Positions 58,778 through 64,000 of a stretch of 64,000 nucleotides of DNA are shown here, one piece after another. Position 1 is the stretch's first letter, and the number at the start of each line of letters is the position of its first letter. The notes under the pieces were generated by a model that saw only the letters and a program-made list of their open reading frames with translations, was not told the origin of the DNA and did no database searches. The position numbers and the translations under genes are program-made. Source of the DNA: Bacteriovoracaceae bacterium (GTDB taxonomy: Bacteria; Bdellovibrionota; Bacteriovoracia; Bacteriovoracales; Bacteriovoracaceae); contig OZ244226.1 of assembly GCA_965217035.1 (NCBI GenBank), positions 912,146 through 976,145 on the forward strand, in the 5' to 3' direction.

Positions 58778-60160
58778 ATGACTCAAGCTCAAAAGTTTCA
58801 AAATGATTCGAGAATTCAAGAAGCCAAAAAGCTCATTCAAGAAGCTTTACATGAACATCAAAAAGATGTGAATCAGTTAAGGGGACCAATTTCTGATGAA
58901 TCTTACGAGGCTTACCAAAAAATGATCGAAGAATTTTCGCAAAAACGAGGAGGAAAACTTTTTTACGATTATGTTGGTAGTGGATTTGGTTGTGGACCAT
59001 TTGTCGAACTTGCTGACGGGAGTACAAAGTATGACTTCATCACGGGAATTGGAGTTCATTACTTTGGGCACAATCATTCAGGCTTAATGAATTCACTTAT
59101 TGATGGGGCGCTTTCAAATACAGTTATGCAAGGTAACCTTCAGCAAAATGTAGATAGTGAAAAACTTTTGTCTCTTCTTCTTGAACAAGCGAATATTAGT
59201 GGGGCGGGTTTTGATCATTGCTTTTTAACCTCTAGCGGAGTTATGGCAAATGAAAATGCTCTCAAGATGGTTTTTCAAAAGCGATCACCTGCTGGAAGAG
59301 TGATTGCTTTTCGAGGCGCTTTTCATGGAAGAACAATGTCTGTAGCAGCAATTACTGACAAAGCTAAATATAGAGATGGACTTCCTCCAACGATCAATGT
59401 CGACTATATTCCTTTTTACGATTATACCGATCATGAAGGTAGTATTGAAAAATCAACTAAAGCTCTCAAAGACCTCATTGCAAAATATCCAGGAGAACAT
59501 GCCGCGATCATATGCGAACTCATTCAAGGGGAAAATGGATCGTGGCCAGGGCATAAAGATTTTTTTGAATCTCTCTTCAAAATCTGTAAAGAAAATAATA
59601 TCTCAGTTATTGATGATGAAGTTCAGACCTTTGGACGAACCGAAAATCTGTTCGCTTTCCAATACTTTGAAATGGACAAGTTTATCGATATGGTTTGCAT
59701 TGGAAAGATGAGCCAAGTTTGCGCGACTCTTTTCAGAGAAGATCACAAACCAAGACCTGGTCTCATAAGTCAAACTTTTACCTCTTCTTCGACTGCAATC
59801 AATGCAAGTTATTTCATTATTAGTGAAATGATCAAAAATAACTATCTCGGAAAAGATGGTAAAATTAATAAAATTCACCATTACTTTGCTGAAAAACTTG
59901 AAGAACTCAGCAAGAAACTTCCAGAGAAAATTGAAGGCCCATTTGGAGTCGGAGCTATGATTGCGATGACTCTTTATAAAGGTGATCTTGATAAATCGAA
60001 ACAATTCACAATGAACCTCTTTAAAAATGGAGTTACCAGTTTTATTGCTGGAGTTTCTCCTATCAGAGTGAGAATGCTTATCCCAATGGGAGCAATTGAA
60101 GAACACCATATCGATGAAGTTATTCAAATAATAGAAAAGACTCTTGGAGAGATTGATTAA
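58778..60160 (+). CDS. Class III aminotransferase (succinylornithine/acetylornithine; AstC-like)
   Basis: SGVMANENALK, AFHGRT, ELIQGE, DEVQT, IGK. Directly upstream of astA. Confidence 0.8.
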   Translation: MTQAQKFQNDSRIQEAKKLIQEALHEHQKDVNQLRGPISDESYEAYQKMIEEFSQKRGGKLFYDYVGSGFGCGPFVELADGSTKYDFITGIGVHYFGHNHSGLMNSLIDGALSNTVMQGNLQQNVDSEKLLSLLLEQANISGAGFDHCFLTSSGVMANENALKMVFQKRSPAGRVIAFRGAFHGRTMSVAAITDKAKYRDGLPPTINVDYIPFYDYTDHEGSIEKSTKALKDLIAKYPGEHAAIICELIQGENGSWPGHKDFFESLFKICKENNISVIDDEVQTFGRTENLFAFQYFEMDKFIDMVCIGKMSQVCATLFREDHKPRPGLISQTFTSSSTAINASYFIISEMIKNNYLGKDGKINKIHHYFAEKLEELSKKLPEKIEGPFGVGAMIAMTLYKGDLDKSKQFTMNLFKNGVTSFIAGVSPIRVRMLIPMGAIEEHHIDEVIQIIEKTLGEID

Positions 60161-61189
60161 ATGCTAGTTATTAGACCAATAGAATTAAAAGATCTCGACG
60201 ACCTTTTAGCTTTACTAGAACACGCAGGCCATGGACTAACTTCACTCCCGAAGGATGCTGAAGTTTTAAAAAAAAGAATCTCTCTTTCTATTAGAAGTTT
60301 CGAACACGTTGAAAAGGATCGCCCAGGAGGAGAACTCTATCTTTTTGTCATGGAAGATATTTTTAAAGGAAAAATTATAGGAGTTTCAGGAATTCTCTCT
60401 AAGATTGGAGGATTTGATCCTTTTTATTTTTATCGGCGTGAAAAACAACGTATGAGTTCAGAAATGATTGACGTTGAACATGAGCTCAACACTCTTCATG
60501 TTGAAAAAATTTATGATGGCCCTGCTGAAATCTGTAGCCTTTATCTTTCTCCTGACTATAGAAGCTCTCAAAATGGTCGCTTCCTTTCTCTTTCTCGTTT
60601 CCTCTACATGGGAAACCATCTAACTTTTTTTGAAAATGAAGTAATTGCAGAAATGAGAGGAAGAGTTGACAAGCATGGTCACTCTCCTTTCTGGGAAGCA
60701 ATAGGAAAAAAGTTTTTCAAAATTGATTTTCCTAAAGCTGATTATCTTACAATGAAAAATAAAAAGTTTATTGAGGAACTTCTTCCTGACTACCCAATTA
60801 TTGTTGATCTTCTCCCTCAACAAGCACAAAGAGTTGTTGGAAAAGTTCATCCAAACACTGTTCCCGCGCTCAAAATCTTGAACCAAGAAGGTTTTGAAGA
60901 ATGTGGGCTTGTCGGTATTTTTGAATCAGGTCCTGTAGTAAAAACAAAAGTAGATAACATCAGAAGCATAAAGAAAAGCCAAGTTTCTATAGTTGAAGAA
61001 ATTAAAGATGAGGATGAATTTGAAAATCAAGAAAAGGTTATTATTTCATTAATTGATCCTCTCAATTTCAGATGTTGCTTATCACCGATAAGTCAAAAAA
61101 ATGAAAAGATATCAATCTCTGACGTTGCTGCAACAGCTTTACGACTTAAGATCGGAGACAAGGTTCGCCATGTCTCTCTGAAAAGTTAG
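60161..61189 (+). CDS. astA: Arginine N-succinyltransferase
   Basis: GLTSLP, YLFVMED, EICSLYL, LSLSRF, IAEMRG, SPFW, GKVHP. Confidence 0.93.
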   Translation: MLVIRPIELKDLDDLLALLEHAGHGLTSLPKDAEVLKKRISLSIRSFEHVEKDRPGGELYLFVMEDIFKGKIIGVSGILSKIGGFDPFYFYRREKQRMSSEMIDVEHELNTLHVEKIYDGPAEICSLYLSPDYRSSQNGRFLSLSRFLYMGNHLTFFENEVIAEMRGRVDKHGHSPFWEAIGKKFFKIDFPKADYLTMKNKKFIEELLPDYPIIVDLLPQQAQRVVGKVHPNTVPALKILNQEGFEECGLVGIFESGPVVKTKVDNIRSIKKSQVSIVEEIKDEDEFENQEKVIISLIDPLNFRCCLSPISQKNEKISISDVAATALRLKIGDKVRHVSLKS

Positions 61190-63390
61190 TGCTGAATTTC
61201 TATCTCGTTATTCTGCTCTTGTCCTAAGGCAGTATAGGCTTTTTGAATTTTTACAACATTTAAGTAGAAACCTCTCATAAGTTCCACAAGTTTTTCTTCA
61301 GATTTTTCTTGAGATTCAACTCGCTCTTTAATCTCTTCATTCGCTCCCTCTACTATTCCCTTGAGAGCTTCAATTTGTTCATAGTCAGAGTTGCTTTCTT
61401 CTTTAGATAACTTATTCAAGTCTTCAAGAAACATTTCAAATTTTGTAAAAAATAAATCGGTGTCTCGTAATAACTTTTCTTGTTTATCAAGATATTTCTG
61501 AGCTTCAGTTGTCCCCGCTCTTCCTATTAACTTTAATTGATCGCGATAAGACTTAATCTCAGTCTTAAATCCAGAAATAGAAGGGATTCCCCAGTTAATA
61601 AGCTTTTTAATCGTTTTATCAAGATCAATATCTTTCTTTATGCTGTCAGAATAATTACTCGTATAGAGATGTATCTTAGAAAAAATGTTTTGACTCAAAT
61701 GAATTGTTTCTTGAAGCCCTGAAGAGAAATTTACAATAATAGATTTCAGAGCTCCAAAACTATTTTGAAGTTGGTCAACCTCATTCTTGCATGAGTTTAA
61801 AACCTCCGTCGTATACTCACTATTATTCAAGGCTTCAATCGTAACCTTCTCAAAGTTTTGCATTTCTTTATCGAAAGATTTTTTTTGCATTTTTAAGTCA
61901 TGTGATAAAGATTCAAAATTTGTCCATAGGTCCATTCTATTCGCAAGTGCAAATTCAGCCTTAAGGCTTTGAGTGATCTCAGAATTAAAACTCCCTTCAG
62001 CTAAAGCTTCAACTGCTTTTTTGATTGGTTCAATTGTCGAATTAACCTGAATATTAATTGTCTCTTCCACTGTAAGAAGAGGATAAAGCATAATCATGAC
62101 ATATTTTTTATTATTATAGTTCACGGGATTAATATACATTTGAAAAGATTTCTCTTGTGATGACTTAACTTGAAAAATACCAGCGACATTACCCTCAATC
62201 GCCTCTATTACTGGGTCATGACCTTCTAAAAGAAAATTTTCTTTTATCTTGTCCCAATTCATACTCTCTGATGCAAAAGACTCTGCAGTAAAGTTTAACT
62301 GCTCTACAAAGTTTTGATTAAACCATTTGAAATTGAGATTCTCATCGAGAAGAATACATGGGAACGGAATCGTTTCTTGAAAGATCCGCCCTAAGCTCAT
62401 TCTTCTTTTAACATAATTGTTTAACGTCTGGACAGCATTCTTGAATTCTTCTTCTTTTGAAGTGATAAAACTTAAGTCATCCTTAACAATAATTTTATCA
62501 AGAGAAAAAATGATCTCTCTTTGAGACTTTTCATTAAATCCAATAAATATCTTTCTCATTATAAAAAGACAGAGACCTAAAGCAAGTATAAGAATAATAA
62601 TACTCAAGCCAAAAAACTGAGCTGATACTTTTCCCACATAGCTAGGAGCCCCCAGATACTGCTGTCCTTTTTTTGACCAAAAATTTGACCAGGCTTCCAA
62701 ATTTCTTAGTGTTAATAGATAAGCATTTCTAACCTTTGAAGCCTTTGTATTTTCTTCAATTAATAAATTTGTAAGAATAATAAGATTATCAGTTTTGTCT
62801 AAGATTAATTTTTTCTGAGTAATTCCAAGACTTGATTTTTTTGTAACATCTTGAGCGAGAGATAAGTCTTTTAAATTAATTCCTAGAAGATAATTAATAT
62901 CTTTCTCAAAACTGAATTGTCTAGGAGAACGAATATTAATTCTATTACTTATTCGAGTTAAAGTTCTCCATTTATTTTTCTTTATATATTTATTGTAAGC
63001 GAGAAAGCTTTCAGTATAATTTTTCCAAATATTTTTATTACTTAGATTGATCTTCGAAATTTCATTTGATAATTTTTTCAGATTTTTAGAACCTTCAAAA
63101 TCATTTTTATAATTTAATTTTTTTGAAAAATATTCAATCTTTTCATCAAGTTCTTGAAAAGTATTAAATCGTTCTGAAACCTTAAAAAGATCAAATTTCT
63201 TAGCACCAATTTTCTTTATTTTCTTTGTTACAATTTTTGAATCATTTAAAATTGAATCTTTAACATCTTGAAAGTTATATATTTGATAATTTTTAAAATA
63301 GAGATAAGTTTGGAACCCAATTGCTGCAACAGTTACAAATAAAAATAATGCTGCAAGAATTCTAAAAGAACGATCATAAACTTTTTTCAT
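61186..63390 (-). CDS. Two-TM membrane protein with a PAS-like region and coiled-coil tail (degenerate MCP-like)
   Basis: TM-periplasmic-TM layout, ETIPFPCILLDENL..WFN (PAS-like), long heptad C-terminus. No clear MCP tip motif. Confidence 0.6.
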   Translation of the reverse strand: MKKVYDRSFRILAALFLFVTVAAIGFQTYLYFKNYQIYNFQDVKDSILNDSKIVTKKIKKIGAKKFDLFKVSERFNTFQELDEKIEYFSKKLNYKNDFEGSKNLKKLSNEISKINLSNKNIWKNYTESFLAYNKYIKKNKWRTLTRISNRINIRSPRQFSFEKDINYLLGINLKDLSLAQDVTKKSSLGITQKKLILDKTDNLIILTNLLIEENTKASKVRNAYLLTLRNLEAWSNFWSKKGQQYLGAPSYVGKVSAQFFGLSIIILILALGLCLFIMRKIFIGFNEKSQREIIFSLDKIIVKDDLSFITSKEEEFKNAVQTLNNYVKRRMSLGRIFQETIPFPCILLDENLNFKWFNQNFVEQLNFTAESFASESMNWDKIKENFLLEGHDPVIEAIEGNVAGIFQVKSSQEKSFQMYINPVNYNNKKYVMIMLYPLLTVEETINIQVNSTIEPIKKAVEALAEGSFNSEITQSLKAEFALANRMDLWTNFESLSHDLKMQKKSFDKEMQNFEKVTIEALNNSEYTTEVLNSCKNEVDQLQNSFGALKSIIVNFSSGLQETIHLSQNIFSKIHLYTSNYSDSIKKDIDLDKTIKKLINWGIPSISGFKTEIKSYRDQLKLIGRAGTTEAQKYLDKQEKLLRDTDLFFTKFEMFLEDLNKLSKEESNSDYEQIEALKGIVEGANEEIKERVESQEKSEEKLVELMRGFYLNVVKIQKAYTALGQEQNNEIEIQH

Positions 63391-63509
63391 TTTAGTGCCC
63401 CTCGGGCGTAGATAGACTACGCATTCATCTAAGTCATTAATTTAATTATTATAAATAAGGTATGAAATATGAAGTTTTATTATATACCAGAGCCCGAGAG
63501 TCAGTTTTT

Positions 63510-64000
63510 CTAAGCAGCTAAATCTTCATAGTCTCCAAGATCATTTTGAATTTTTGATTTCAATTTCAAGATTGCTTGAGTATGAAGCTGTGAAACTCTT
63601 GATTCAGTTACATCGAGTACCTGACCGATCTCTTTGAGGTTTAGGTCCTCATAATAGTAAAGAGAAAGAACAAGCCTCTGTTTCTCTGGCAAGGCTTTTA
63701 TTCCCTCTTTTATTTTTGTTTGGATATTTTTATAACTAACAGCACTGTATGGATTGAGTCCTGTTCTTCCTTCAGCAAGGTTAATCATGAGTTTTTTATC
63801 ACCTCTGCTGAATGAGTTTGCATCATCAATATTAAGAAGAGAAACAGACTTCGCTTTATTAATCATGTCATGCAAGTCATCCATGCTACAATCAAGCGCA
63901 TTACACATCTCTTCATCCGTTGCTGGTCTTCCAAGCTCGCTCTCAAGCTTAGCGTACGTTCTTTCAAGAATTTTCGCTTTCTCTCTTACAGATCGTGGAA
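63510..64000 (-). CDS. fliA: Flagellar sigma factor sigma28, 5'-truncated by the window edge
   Basis: PRSVREKAK...LGRPATDEE, LPEKQRLVLSLYYYEDLNLKEIGQVLDVTESRVSQLH. Confidence 0.93.
   Translation of the reverse strand, partial: PRSVREKAKILERTYAKLESELGRPATDEEMCNALDCSMDDLHDMINKAKSVSLLNIDDANSFSRGDKKLMINLAEGRTGLNPYSAVSYKNIQTKIKEGIKALPEKQRLVLSLYYYEDLNLKEIGQVLDVTESRVSQLHTQAILKLKSKIQNDLGDYEDLAA

Noticed and set aside
59376..60886. Alternative-frame ORFs (up to 174 aa) within astC and astA
   Set aside because: They overlap well-supported enzymes and have no recognisable features.

Overview
AT-rich bacterial chromosomal segment. The gene repertoire (many short secreted hypotheticals, GYF-like and degenerate GGDEF proteins, deltaproteobacterial-style clpP-clpX-lon-tRNA-Val block) suggests Bdellovibrionota/Bacteriovoracia, which is an inference. 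From left to right: (1) the 3' end of a probable lipid/small-molecule modification cluster (RPH/PigC-like PEP-utilising kinase, GNAT, DUF3419/BtaA-like, MMPL exporter). (2) An Fnr-like low-oxygen/dormancy locus (HPF, two USPs, a CxxCH protein, a Cys-rich Crp/Fnr regulator) with three TGAY-N4-RTCA boxes at class-II activator spacing. (3) Nucleoside salvage genes around a PAS kinase. (4) A secreted protein preceded by a GC-rich, highly structured ~190-nt non-coding element. (5) A six-gene H-NOX/two-component signalling cluster. (6) A decayed accessory region at the 3' side of tRNA-Val(TAC) with an intact ISL3. (7) Core genes: lon, clpX, clpP, ahpC, holA, lptE, dciA, mlaDFE, alr, yceD, rpmF, fabH/D, acpP, fabF, glyA, nrdR, nusB, fused 2-oxoacid dehydrogenase E1, astC/astA and a partial fliA. 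No CRISPR array, rRNA, prophage or integrase was seen. All product calls come from motif recognition, not database searches.
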